64,000 nt of DNA from a virus (lineage: Duplodnaviria; Caudoviricetes), in IMG/VR virus record IMGVR_UViG_3300032007_000015; one strand, 5' to 3'. Every line of letters begins with the position of its first letter. Positions within the stretch are counted from its first letter, which is position 1. The translations under genes and the position numbers were made by a program. Below are positions 29,013 to 39,132 of this stretch, piece after piece. The notes beneath the pieces are model-generated. The model was not told the origin of the DNA, made no database searches, and worked only from the letters and a program-made list of their open reading frames with translations.

Positions 29013-32000
29013 TTATGATATAGAAATATTTGTTGTATCATTATCATATTCAATCATTATATATGAATAAGAATTCATTTTAAACTTTAACGAAAATGTT
29101 ACTGCTCCAGGACTTGTAGTACTTGGAACCGTATGGAATCCTGGATTCCATGTTAAGTTAGTTAATGGAGCTGTTGATAAATTCATAATACCTGGAGAAC
29201 TAGCATATGTTAAATATTCAAGAATTCCACAATAATACTCAGGAATAGTTTTACTAGTGTTACATATTCTAAATCCAGTAATTCGAAGTAATCCTCTAAG
29301 GTATCTAGTTGTATTACCAGTTACGTTAAATACAGATGTTGTTATTGATAACGTTTTATTCATAGCTGAAGAGTCATTTACATATTTAAAATAATGGATA
29401 TCATTATGTTCATGACTTGCTTTTGCAAAATCTGATTTAGATATAGCTCTCAATTCATACCCATTCCATGCTGCCATATATGTGTAGTCATTATATGCAA
29501 GTGTTGCTTTTGAATATGACGCACTTATTGTTTTACTGTTATTGGTATCTAATATACTAGTATGAGTATGATTAGTTGTACTATACTGTGAATGCGTATG
29601 ATTCGTTAATGAGTAATTACTATGGCTATGATTCGTTGGTGAATATATACTATGAGTATGTGTTGCTAACGAATAATTAGAAAATTTATTATTCAATTCA
29701 GTATATAAGTTATATGCACCCAATTGACTTAGAGCTAATTTATTACTGGCGAGTGATGTATTATATTCACTTGTAATTGACGTTGTAGTTATATACTGTG
29801 AATGACTATGGTTCGTTAATGAGTAATTACTATGTGTGTGATTTGTTGGTGAATATATACTATGTGTATGTGTTGTTAATGAATAATTAGTGAATTTATT
29901 ATTAACTGCTTGCACCACAGTATATAAATCATGAACGCCTGCTTGTGTCACAACTTTTGTAGTACTCGTTGCATCAGTTGCTTTATATTCACTCGTAAAT
30001 GATGTTGTTGTTATATACTGAGAATGTGTATGATTCGTTAATGAGTAATTACTATGGCTATGATTCGTTGGTGAATATATACTATGAGTATGTGTTATTA
30101 ATGAATAATTAGAAAATTTATTATTCAATTCAGTATATAAGTTATATGCACCCAATTGACTTAGAGCTAATTTATTACTGGCGAGTGATGTATTATATTC
30201 ACTTGTAATTGACGTTGTAGTTATATACTGTGAATGACTATGGTTCGTTAATGAGTAATTACTATGTGTGTGATTTGTTGGTGAATATATACTATGTGTA
30301 TGTGTTGTTAATGAATAATTAGTGAATTTATTATTAACTGCTTGCACCACAGTATATAAATCATGAACGCCTGCTTGTGTCACAACTTTTGTAGTACTCG
30401 TTGCATCAGTTGCTTTATATTCACTCGTAAATGATGTTGTTGTTATATACTGAGAATGTGTATGACCTGATGTTGCAAAATCATTTTTACTTGCAGATCG
30501 TAATTCATATCCATTCCATACTGTTAACCAATCATAACTATCATATGCAAGTTCAGACTTTTTATATGTTGCAGTTATAGGCTTATTATTTTCACTATCT
30601 AATATACTAGTATGAGTATGATTAGTTGTACTATACTGTGAATGCGTATGATTTGTTAATGAATAATTACTATGGCTATGATTCGTTGGTGAATATATAC
30701 TATGAGTATGTGTTGTTAACGAATAATTATTGAATTTACTATTTAACTCAGTATATAAATTATAAGCACCAACCTGTGAAAAGACCTTACTACTATTAGA
30801 ATTAATATCCTTATATTCACTACTTAAATCATCACTACTTAATATCTTTTCATAATTTAAACCGCCATCTTTTATTGTATAACCATCTTTTCCAAATACA
30901 ACAATATTATCTTCAGTTGTACCTTCTGATAATCCTTTAACCTGTGTATCATTAGTAACTTTATCTAAACCTATCTGAAATGCTGTTACATTATGAGGAT
31001 TATTTTTATTATTAGTATGCTCTGTAAATTTAACTGAATTTATTTTTCCATCTAACTGGTCTTGAATATTATTTTCAACACCTGATAATTGATTAATTTC
31101 TGTATTACTTACAGTTATTCCTAAATTTTTAAGAGCATCCGATGCATTATTAGCACCTGTACCACCTTCTGTAACTGGAATTACTGAACTATCTCCACTA
31201 ATAACATGACCATATTTATCAATAGTTACTTTTCTATAGCTACCTACCGTTGCGGTTGTTAATGGGTGAACATAATTATTAGCATTATCTTCAATATTAA
31301 TTAATTTATTATATAATTCAGCTGTTAATAATCCAGAAGTTGTTTCACTAGCATCTGGAATTGTTTGAGACTTTGGAGACTCAATTTTAATATTTCCATA
31401 TGCATCTCGACTTACAGTTGTTCCACCTGAACCATAAACTGATATATCATTTTTTACACCATCATTATTAATTAATCTTAATAAAGGTTTTGAGTTCTCA
31501 TCAACTTCAGTTTTAAATTCATATGTTGTATCGGTGAATTTAGCATTTTCAGGTACGTTAGCATTTACCTTATATTTACCATCTTTTATTGTATATCCAT
31601 CTTCTCCGAATACAACAATATTATCTTCAGTTGTACCTTCTGATAATCCTTTAACCTGTGTATCATTAGTAACATTTTCTAAACCTACTTGCTTAGCTGT
31701 TACATTATGTGGATTTTCTTTATTATTAATATGATTAACTGATTTTGTAATTGATGATTTATCTTCGTCAGAAAAATCATTACTACTTAATCCTTTACCA
31801 TCTTCTTTATCAACTTTATTTGTTATAGATTTTTCCATTAAATCTACTAATTTTTTATTATCAGTTACGGCTTCAGCAAGTTCATATATGGTATCTAAAT
31901 TTTCACTTGCAGTACCTACCAAATCACTGATTTTTGTATCTACATATTTTTTTACATTTTCATCACCAGTTCTTACTTGTGATGGCGTTAATATATCATT

Positions 32001-32843
32001 ATCACTTGCATTTTCATAATCATTTGATAATTTTACAACACCGTAATTTGATGTAGATGATTTTTGTATATCTCTCCACTTATTATCATTACCTAAAAAT
32101 CTAAGACTATTTTCAGTTTCATCAGATATACTAGGTACATGTAATCCATGATTTAAATCAGCTTTCCCTTTCAATGCATTATATATACCTTTACTTGTTA
32201 CAGCATTTTCACTATCTTCAGTTACTTCTGTATCTATATTACTTGGTAATTTTTTTAATAATTCATCATAGCTAGTAACACCAGTACCACCTAATTCAAC
32301 TGGTAATGCTTTTCTAATCCCTTCAATTATATGTCCATATTTATTAACTCTCATATATCCATATGCACCTTCAGTTACACCAGATACTGGGTGAGTATAA
32401 TTATTGGCATTCTTTTCAATATTTGATAATTTTATATAATCTGATTTAGACATTAATCCATCTTGACCACTTGATGCTAAATCAATTTTATTAGCGTTTG
32501 CATTTATAATTATATTATCATTATTATCTACATCTAAACTTATATTTCTACCCTCGGCAAAAGATAAAGTATCTGTTTTATATTTTGCAAATATTTTTTT
32601 ATTATTAACTTTTATAGTTGAAAATGTTAACTGATTTACTTCAGCATTATCTTCAATACCATTAAGTTTTTTTAATGCTTCATTATACGTATAATTTAAT
32701 TTTTCTTGTTCTTTTAATGTCTTATCTAGTGTAGAAGTATTTCCAACTAAAATATTACTGACTTTCGTTACTGGATATAATTCATACACTATATTATTTT
32801 CGTTTTTCTTTAAGAGAACGTCATAATTTTGTGTTATAGGCAT
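29013..32843 (-). CDS. Long tail fibre / receptor-binding protein with HxH repeats
   Basis: 1276 aa; DGLMSKSD..KL, ANNYxHP, GGTG, NPHNVT fibre motifs; about 19 HxH motifs. Confidence 0.85.
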   Translation of the reverse strand: MPITQNYDVLLKKNENNIVYELYPVTKVSNILVGNTSTLDKTLKEQEKLNYTYNEALKKLNGIEDNAEVNQLTFSTIKVNNKKIFAKYKTDTLSFAEGRNISLDVDNNDNIIINANANKIDLASSGQDGLMSKSDYIKLSNIEKNANNYTHPVSGVTEGAYGYMRVNKYGHIIEGIRKALPVELGGTGVTSYDELLKKLPSNIDTEVTEDSENAVTSKGIYNALKGKADLNHGLHVPSISDETENSLRFLGNDNKWRDIQKSSTSNYGVVKLSNDYENASDNDILTPSQVRTGDENVKKYVDTKISDLVGTASENLDTIYELAEAVTDNKKLVDLMEKSITNKVDKEDGKGLSSNDFSDEDKSSITKSVNHINNKENPHNVTAKQVGLENVTNDTQVKGLSEGTTEDNIVVFGEDGYTIKDGKYKVNANVPENAKFTDTTYEFKTEVDENSKPLLRLINNDGVKNDISVYGSGGTTVSRDAYGNIKIESPKSQTIPDASETTSGLLTAELYNKLINIEDNANNYVHPLTTATVGSYRKVTIDKYGHVISGDSSVIPVTEGGTGANNASDALKNLGITVSNTEINQLSGVENNIQDQLDGKINSVKFTEHTNNKNNPHNVTAFQIGLDKVTNDTQVKGLSEGTTEDNIVVFGKDGYTIKDGGLNYEKILSSDDLSSEYKDINSNSSKVFSQVGAYNLYTELNSKFNNYSLTTHTHSIYSPTNHSHSNYSLTNHTHSQYSTTNHTHTSILDSENNKPITATYKKSELAYDSYDWLTVWNGYELRSASKNDFATSGHTHSQYITTTSFTSEYKATDATSTTKVVTQAGVHDLYTVVQAVNNKFTNYSLTTHTHSIYSPTNHTHSNYSLTNHSHSQYITTTSITSEYNTSLASNKLALSQLGAYNLYTELNNKFSNYSLITHTHSIYSPTNHSHSNYSLTNHTHSQYITTTSFTSEYKATDATSTTKVVTQAGVHDLYTVVQAVNNKFTNYSLTTHTHSIYSPTNHTHSNYSLTNHSHSQYITTTSITSEYNTSLASNKLALSQLGAYNLYTELNNKFSNYSLATHTHSIYSPTNHSHSNYSLTNHTHSQYSTTNHTHTSILDTNNSKTISASYSKATLAYNDYTYMAAWNGYELRAISKSDFAKASHEHNDIHYFKYVNDSSAMNKTLSITTSVFNVTGNTTRYLRGLLRITGFRICNTSKTIPEYYCGILEYLTYASSPGIMNLSTAPLTNLTWNPGFHTVPSTTSPGAVTFSLKFKMNSYSYIMIEYDNDTTNISIS
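29598..30463. repeat. 432-bp near-perfect tandem duplication inside the tail fibre
   Basis: GCTTGTGTCACAAC occurs at 29941 and 30373; 144-aa unit repeated twice. Confidence 0.9.
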
Positions 32844-32878
32844 TATCTTTACCTCACTTTCTCTTTAAATTTATATAG

Positions 32879-32940
32879 TTATTCTATTGTTTTTAGTGAG
32901 ATTTAACTTGTAAAAAGAATAGTATGAAACAAATATTTAA
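32879..32940. promoter_or_regulatory. Divergent pair of late promoter motifs
   Basis: AACAATAGAATAA (- strand, 32879-32891) and AACAAATATTTAA (+ strand, 32928-32940). Confidence 0.65.
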
Positions 32941-32975
32941 AGATTTTATCTTATTTTGATATAAAATAAAGAAAG

Positions 32976-34820
32976 GTGGTACGAAAAATAATGGCTATTC
33001 TTGATAATGAAGAAATTCTTTATTCAAATCCTAATAAGGCTATACCTATTAGATTTGAAAGCTTAAAAGAAAATTTTTCTGAGGATACGGCTAAAGTTTA
33101 TTCAGAATCATATTGTAATGAAAAACTTTCTACCATATTAGAAAATTCAAGATATATTTTTGCAGAGCCATTTTACGGATTTGGATTCTATAAAAACATT
33201 GTAGAATCTGCTTTATTACCTTATGATAAGTACGAATCCGAATTAAATAAAGTTAATATCTTTATTGAAGAAAATGGAAAAGATATGTCTAAAAAACAAT
33301 TATCAAATTTTGAAAAACTTAGTAATATATTAACAGAAAAAGTAAAAAATACTGAGAATTTAAATAAATTAATGCATCTTGCATTAGAACGTAATGCAAA
33401 TGATTATATAACTGAAATATGTGATATGTATTATTCATATGAAAAGACTAATGATGTTGACCATTATAATATGATTAATGAATCATTATATGAGGATATA
33501 TCAGACCCGTATACATTCTTTTCAATAGGTTTACCTATATATGAAAGAACAAAAGATAGTTATAATTTAATGAAAAATCTTAAGAAATATTATAAGAAGT
33601 TTTCATTAAATATGTCTCCAGCTGATTTTAAAACATTAACAGAAAGTGTTATAGCTTGTAATATTATTAAAGATAATAAAGATACATTAGAATCAGCATT
33701 TGATAACTTTAATTTACGTTATAAAATAGATGAATTATTTAATGAATCAGTATCAAATTTTGATAATATAATTGATAATATTAAATTAGAATATACACCT
33801 ATGGGTATATTAAGTTCATCTGATGGTGTATCAGCATTATTTGAAGAGACAGAAAATATATCATATTATAATGATGAATTAATCTGTGAAAGATATGATA
33901 GATTAATGCTTAAAAAGATAATGTGTGAAGCTCTTATAGAGGAAAGTGTTAATGATTTATATTTTGATGGAACAAATGAAGCAACATCTACTATACTTGA
34001 AAGATACATGGATAAATTAGAAAAAATAAATTCTGAAATATTAACTCTTGAATATAGTGAAGATGGTTCACCAAATAAAGTTATTGCAAATCATACACAA
34101 TTATCTAAATCTAAAGAGCAAGAAAAAAAAGATAAAGAAGAACAACGAAAAAAACAACAAAAAGAATTAGAAGACTCTAATGATAGTGATGATGATGAGG
34201 ACGAAGATTCAAAAAAAGATAAGTCATCTGATGAAACTAAATCTGATGAGGAAAAATCAGATGACAATAATGAAAATGAAATTCCTCATAAAGACAAACC
34301 AAAGGAAGATTTAGCTACAAAAATTCAGAATAAAGCTCTTGACATAGATGCTAAAAATACTGAAAAACGAGCAAATCGTAAAGAAAAAAGACAAAAACTT
34401 AAAAATGCAGCTAAAGCCATAACAAAAGGACCAAAAGGTGTACTTGATAGTGTTAAAAACTTTGTAAAAAAAGTAGATGAAATGGATGATAATCGTCGTA
34501 AAGAATTCTTATTAAAACCGGGATTTAGAAAAGAAATCTTCCATAAGTTTAAAATTGCACTAATATATGGTGGAGCAGCATCAGCAAGTTTAGCATATGT
34601 TCCAGTTGCTATGGTTGCTAGACATTATAGTAAACTTAAGTCAACAAGAATGCGTAATGAATTAGCCAGAGAACTGGAAACCGAAATAAATGTATGTAAT
34701 GAAAAAATTTCAGATGCTAGTGCAAATGGTGATCAAAAAGAAAAATATCGTTTAATGAGAATTAAAGACAAACTTGAATCTGATAGACTTCGTGTTAGAG
34801 TAAATAGTAAATATATTTAG
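32976..34820 (+). CDS. Putative prohead core / internal head protein
   Basis: 614 aa with many xES sites, charged linker and C-terminal coiled coil; first gene of the capsid cluster; start may be ATG 32991. Confidence 0.55.
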   Translation: MVRKIMAILDNEEILYSNPNKAIPIRFESLKENFSEDTAKVYSESYCNEKLSTILENSRYIFAEPFYGFGFYKNIVESALLPYDKYESELNKVNIFIEENGKDMSKKQLSNFEKLSNILTEKVKNTENLNKLMHLALERNANDYITEICDMYYSYEKTNDVDHYNMINESLYEDISDPYTFFSIGLPIYERTKDSYNLMKNLKKYYKKFSLNMSPADFKTLTESVIACNIIKDNKDTLESAFDNFNLRYKIDELFNESVSNFDNIIDNIKLEYTPMGILSSSDGVSALFEETENISYYNDELICERYDRLMLKKIMCEALIEESVNDLYFDGTNEATSTILERYMDKLEKINSEILTLEYSEDGSPNKVIANHTQLSKSKEQEKKDKEEQRKKQQKELEDSNDSDDDEDEDSKKDKSSDETKSDEEKSDDNNENEIPHKDKPKEDLATKIQNKALDIDAKNTEKRANRKEKRQKLKNAAKAITKGPKGVLDSVKNFVKKVDEMDDNRRKEFLLKPGFRKEIFHKFKIALIYGGAASASLAYVPVAMVARHYSKLKSTRMRNELARELETEINVCNEKISDASANGDQKEKYRLMRIKDKLESDRLRVRVNSKYI

Positions 34821-34826
34821 AAAGAG

Positions 34827-35690
34827 GTGTTAAATTATATGATAGTAAGTTTTCAGATAGATGATGAAAATTTAACTCCTTATGAAAAAAATTTTCTATA
34901 TGAAGCACCGTCTAAAGATCCAGAAAGAAAGAAAAATGTTAAAGTAGTTAATGTTAAACCATTAAGTGCTAGAAGAACAGACTATACTAAAGGTGCTTCT
35001 GAGGATGATGAATCTGATATAGTTGATGATAATGAAACAACTGATGCATCAGAAGATGATAATGAAGATTATACCGCTGAAATTGATGATGAATTAAATA
35101 ATGATGATTCTGATGATAGTTCAGATGAAGAAGACTACACTGATGATGTAGATGCTGGTGATGATGACTCAGATAATGATAATCAAGAATCCGAAGATTC
35201 AGATGGTAATAGTGACGATTCAGATTCAACAGAAAGTGAAACTGATAATGAAGATTATACTGATGATGTAGATGCTGGTGATGATGACTCAGATAATAAT
35301 TCAAATGATTCTGAGAATCAAAATTCAGATAATTCATCTGATAAAGACCAAAAAGAACGATATAGAAAATATAATCTATTTAAAGATTTTATAAATATGA
35401 GAGAAAATATTTCTGCTTATATAACAAGATTAGACAATACAGTTTCTGATAGTATCGAATGTAATAGATTATATAAGGATATAATAAATCGTTTTAAAAA
35501 CTTAAATACTTTAGCCTATGATTATATGATTATTAAATTTAATAATGCTACATATTTTGAGTCATTTTTATTTTATCAAAGAATGAAAGCAGCAATACAA
35601 TTTAATATTGATTTATTAGGTAAAATAAGAAAAAAAGAAGAAAAGTTATTTAAAAGTAAAAACAATAAAATAAAAAATAAACTTATATAA
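34827..35690 (+). CDS. Putative scaffold / prohead core protein, highly acidic
   Basis: Asp/Ser-rich centre with duplicated EDYTDDVDAGDDDSDN; LYEA site; immediately upstream of the capsid gene. Confidence 0.5.
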   Translation: MLNYMIVSFQIDDENLTPYEKNFLYEAPSKDPERKKNVKVVNVKPLSARRTDYTKGASEDDESDIVDDNETTDASEDDNEDYTAEIDDELNNDDSDDSSDEEDYTDDVDAGDDDSDNDNQESEDSDGNSDDSDSTESETDNEDYTDDVDAGDDDSDNNSNDSENQNSDNSSDKDQKERYRKYNLFKDFINMRENISAYITRLDNTVSDSIECNRLYKDIINRFKNLNTLAYDYMIIKFNNATYFESFLFYQRMKAAIQFNIDLLGKIRKKEEKLFKSKNNKIKNKLI

Positions 35691-35744
35691 ATAAGTAATT
35701 TATTAAATATCTTTTTGATAAATATTAATTTAACAGATATTTAA
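35661..35744 (+). promoter_or_regulatory. Tandem late promoter motifs before the major capsid gene
   Basis: AACAATAAAATAA (35661) and AACAGATATTTAA (35732). Confidence 0.65.
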
Positions 35745-35763
35745 AAAATGTAATAAAGAAAGG

Positions 35764-37527
35764 ATGGTATATAATATGATATCGTTTTTAACAGAATCTG
35801 GCACAGATTTTAAGGAAACAACTACTGTTGGTGGATTTACCAACGGAATGAATAAAAACAACTTTGATGCTGCATTCGAATCAGCTTGTGACAGTCTTAA
35901 CCAGTCTGGTCAGGGCTATGATTTTATGAATGATATTAATGCATTACTTAAAAATGATGCAGCTATGGAATCATTTAAAGATTCTATTCTTTCAGATCTT
36001 CAGAGTTATTGTGAAGGAAGAACAATTGAAGATTCAGGTAATTTTGCTACATTATATGAACAGGCTTCTCAGTTATTTGATAACGTAAAGAATGACCTTG
36101 TTACAGAGTCAACAAGAGTTGGCGTTTTATTACCTATTAAGGCTATTGATTTACCATTAGTAGTTAAGAGTCAGCTTAAAGTTGTTTCAAAAGATATTGT
36201 ACAGACAGAGGTTACTCAGTCACCAATTATCAAGAAACAGATTGAACAGACATATATTGTTGATCCAAAGTCAAAGAAGAGATGGAAATATCCACAGGCA
36301 TTCTTCAATGATGAGTATAAGGAAATCTTTAAAGCTGGTAAAGGTTTACCAATTAAGGATACAAAAGTTACATTACCACAGTTTGGTTATGATATTATTG
36401 ATAATCTTACAGATGCTACAGTTGCATCTAGAGAAGACTTTACAATTGATCTTAGAATTGTAAAAGTATTTATTGATAAAGACGTTGAAGTACCTCTTAA
36501 AACACCTATTAGGGTTAACCTTGCAGATGGTTCTTTAGTTGGTGGTGTTATTAATACAACAGTAGAAGTTGATGATGAAGGTGGCTCAAGCGGAAAGAAA
36601 CAGCAGGAAGTTAAGGATGTTATTTCAGGAAATGTAGATTTTATTTCTAAGACTGTTTCTATTAGTTCAGCTTCAGGTCAGATTAAGAAAGTTGTATTTG
36701 CAGGAAATCTCAGCAATGAGAAGAATGAAAGAGCCGTAACATTTGATTACGCTAGAGAAGACTTCGAATGGAAAGTAGAAGATGGCTTCAGAGCTAATGT
36801 TCCTTTCACACTTGAAGAGCTTGAAGATGCTAAAGCATTACTTGATATGGATCTTTATAAGAAGACATATAACAACATCGGTGAATTATTAATTCAGATG
36901 GAAGATTCTCAGGTACTTGATTGGTTAGATGAAGAGTTCGTTAAGTATGATGGTATTGAACTTGATCCACTTGACTTCAACCCATTCATCGCTAAGAAGA
37001 CATTTGATTGCGATTCATCAACAGTTACAGTTGCATTACCATATGAATACATCCAGAAGCAGCTTAAATTCACAATTGATAGATTTATTACAGCTATGGC
37101 TGATAGAGCTAAACTTGAGGATTTAACATTCGTTGTATATGGTAATCCAAAATACATTGCTTTACTTGATCCAGAAGTTAACTGGGTTGTAAAGAATGGT
37201 GATATGGTTGGTGGTGTTAAATTAAACTACAGCTATGGTATTATGACATCAGGTGATGTTAAAGTACAGGTTGTTTCTGCTTACAAAGTAAACAGCAAGA
37301 AGCTTAGATTTATCCCATTCCCAACAAATGATACTACATTAACATTCAAGCATTATAAATATTCAACACATATCCTAACAAGTGCAAATAGTGCTTATCG
37401 TTCACCAGATCTCCCAGGTGGTTCAATGACATACATCATGGGAACATCAAGATATAAGAACGTTTCACTTCAGGGTATTCAGGGTGAGCTTAGCTTCACA
37501 AATGCTGAATTTGTAGATCTTGATTAA
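35764..37527 (+). CDS. Major capsid protein precursor
   Basis: 587 aa, biased codon usage, propeptide ending LVTE|STRVGVLLP, HK97-like features (TLEELEDAKALLDMD, VVYGNP). Confidence 0.8.
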   Translation: MVYNMISFLTESGTDFKETTTVGGFTNGMNKNNFDAAFESACDSLNQSGQGYDFMNDINALLKNDAAMESFKDSILSDLQSYCEGRTIEDSGNFATLYEQASQLFDNVKNDLVTESTRVGVLLPIKAIDLPLVVKSQLKVVSKDIVQTEVTQSPIIKKQIEQTYIVDPKSKKRWKYPQAFFNDEYKEIFKAGKGLPIKDTKVTLPQFGYDIIDNLTDATVASREDFTIDLRIVKVFIDKDVEVPLKTPIRVNLADGSLVGGVINTTVEVDDEGGSSGKKQQEVKDVISGNVDFISKTVSISSASGQIKKVVFAGNLSNEKNERAVTFDYAREDFEWKVEDGFRANVPFTLEELEDAKALLDMDLYKKTYNNIGELLIQMEDSQVLDWLDEEFVKYDGIELDPLDFNPFIAKKTFDCDSSTVTVALPYEYIQKQLKFTIDRFITAMADRAKLEDLTFVVYGNPKYIALLDPEVNWVVKNGDMVGGVKLNYSYGIMTSGDVKVQVVSAYKVNSKKLRFIPFPTNDTTLTFKHYKYSTHILTSANSAYRSPDLPGGSMTYIMGTSRYKNVSLQGIQGELSFTNAEFVDLD

Positions 37528-37623
37528 TTTATAAAATAAATAAATTTAGTTATAAAATTTTAAAAAGTAATACGGAATATAAAATTATTCCGTATTACTT
37601 TTTTATCTTATTTATTAGCTAAA

Positions 37624-37636
37624 AACAGTTAAATAA
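37624..37636 (+). promoter_or_regulatory. Late promoter motif AACA-N6-TAA
   Basis: AACAGTTAAATAA. Confidence 0.6.
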
Positions 37637-37661
37637 GATAAAAAAGCGAGGTGAAATATAA

Positions 37662-38906
37662 ATGGCTATTGTAATAACTTCAGAATATAAAAATAAACTT
37701 GAAGAGTTATTTGGATATATTCTTGAAAGTAAAGATTTTAGTAAAGTTGATGAAATATCATCAATATTATCTGAATGCTTTGATACTAATATAAAAACAG
37801 TCATAATTGAAAATAATACAAAAGATTCTTTCTTTGTAATGTCTATTGTACCAGATGAATTTGTTGTTGACAAAATAGCAACATTAATTATGAATGGTTC
37901 TAATAAAGATGATTTTGTTAGTGAATTATGGAAAAATTGCGATAATTGGACATTAGAGATTGATTCTAATATATTTGACGATAAAATAGTTAATTTGACT
38001 GCAGAAGAATTAACTGCTTTAGTTTTACATGAAATCGGACATGTTGTTAATACAAATGCTATACCAACAAAAATAAATAAAGTTCTAAAATATAAAATTG
38101 CAACATCACCTATAACTACTAAGGCAATAATGAGTAATAATAAATTTATTAAATTTTTATACTTACCAATTATAAGTGGATGTACATTTAATAAAAATAG
38201 AGCTTCATTAAAAAATGAACTTAGAGCTGATAATTTTGTTGTAAAGATGGGATATGGAAATCAATTAATTTCTGTTGTTGATAAGATATCTAAAATAAAT
38301 AATTATGAAGATAATTCTATAACTAATGAAATTTCTGATTCATATGATTTTTCTACAAATACAATATCAGATTTGCAAACCAGAAGAACACAACTTAATA
38401 GAATGAAATTTAAAAGATTAATAAATAGATTACCTAATGGTACAAAACTTAAATATAATTTAAATGCATTAGAAAGTTCTTTGTATGATGTTGCTGCAGA
38501 TTCAATGCTATCAGTGAATAAAAAAATAAATATGACTTGTGAATCTGTAAATAAAGCAATAGAAGATTATGTTTGTGAAGCATTTGGATTCAGAAATAAG
38601 AAACTAAAAGAAATTACTCGTACAGAATTAGATTATATTGATGTACAAATTTTAGATATGAAGAATAATGATGATAGAATGCTAATATTATCATATATTA
38701 ATAGTAAGCTTGATTTATGTGATTATTATATTACAATTTTAAAAGATAAGAAATTATCTAAAAAATATCAAGTACCTCAATCATTATCTTCTTTATTATC
38801 AATAAGAAAACGTCTTTTAGATAGTAAAAAGAGAGCATTTCAACAAAAGATTCCTGAGAGAATCGAAGATATACACGTATTTTATCCTGTAAATTATCAG
38901 GGTTAA
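37662..38906 (+). CDS. Zincin metalloprotease-like protein (M48/gluzincin type)
   Basis: EELTALVLHEIGH plus downstream ELRADNF...GYG. Confidence 0.75.
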   Translation: MAIVITSEYKNKLEELFGYILESKDFSKVDEISSILSECFDTNIKTVIIENNTKDSFFVMSIVPDEFVVDKIATLIMNGSNKDDFVSELWKNCDNWTLEIDSNIFDDKIVNLTAEELTALVLHEIGHVVNTNAIPTKINKVLKYKIATSPITTKAIMSNNKFIKFLYLPIISGCTFNKNRASLKNELRADNFVVKMGYGNQLISVVDKISKINNYEDNSITNEISDSYDFSTNTISDLQTRRTQLNRMKFKRLINRLPNGTKLKYNLNALESSLYDVAADSMLSVNKKINMTCESVNKAIEDYVCEAFGFRNKKLKEITRTELDYIDVQILDMKNNDDRMLILSYINSKLDLCDYYITILKDKKLSKKYQVPQSLSSLLSIRKRLLDSKKRAFQQKIPERIEDIHVFYPVNYQG

Positions 38907-38931
38907 AAAGTAGAGAATATTAGGTCAATTC

Positions 38932-39117
38932 CTAATATTCTCTACTTACACCTATATAGTGTATCCAACCTTTTTTATTTTCAAGATATAAAAACCCATT
39001 CTCGATTTTTATAACATGATCTCTTTCCCCTATATCCATAAAACCAATAATGAATGAATCGAATTTTGGTTCACTGTATATATTTGATAGATATTCATCA
39101 CATTTTATATTGTACAT
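38932..39117 (-). CDS. Small hypothetical protein
   Basis: 61-aa ORF with SD AGGAG, co-oriented with upstream genes. Confidence 0.5.
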   Translation of the reverse strand: MYNIKCDEYLSNIYSEPKFDSFIIGFMDIGERDHVIKIENGFLYLENKKGWIHYIGVSREY

Positions 39118-39132
39118 ATGTGTACTCCTATA

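Noticed and set aside
29598-30720. Periodic repeats as a CRISPR array or DGR
   Set aside because: In-frame coding repeats with no unique spacers, no adenine-specific variation, and no cas or reverse transcriptase gene in the window
34987-35337. His-rich minus-strand ORF and similar short antisense or alternate-frame ORFs (e.g. 19546, 12617, 26142, 50035)
   Set aside because: By-products of low-complexity or biased codons in the real genes; no SD or promoter support
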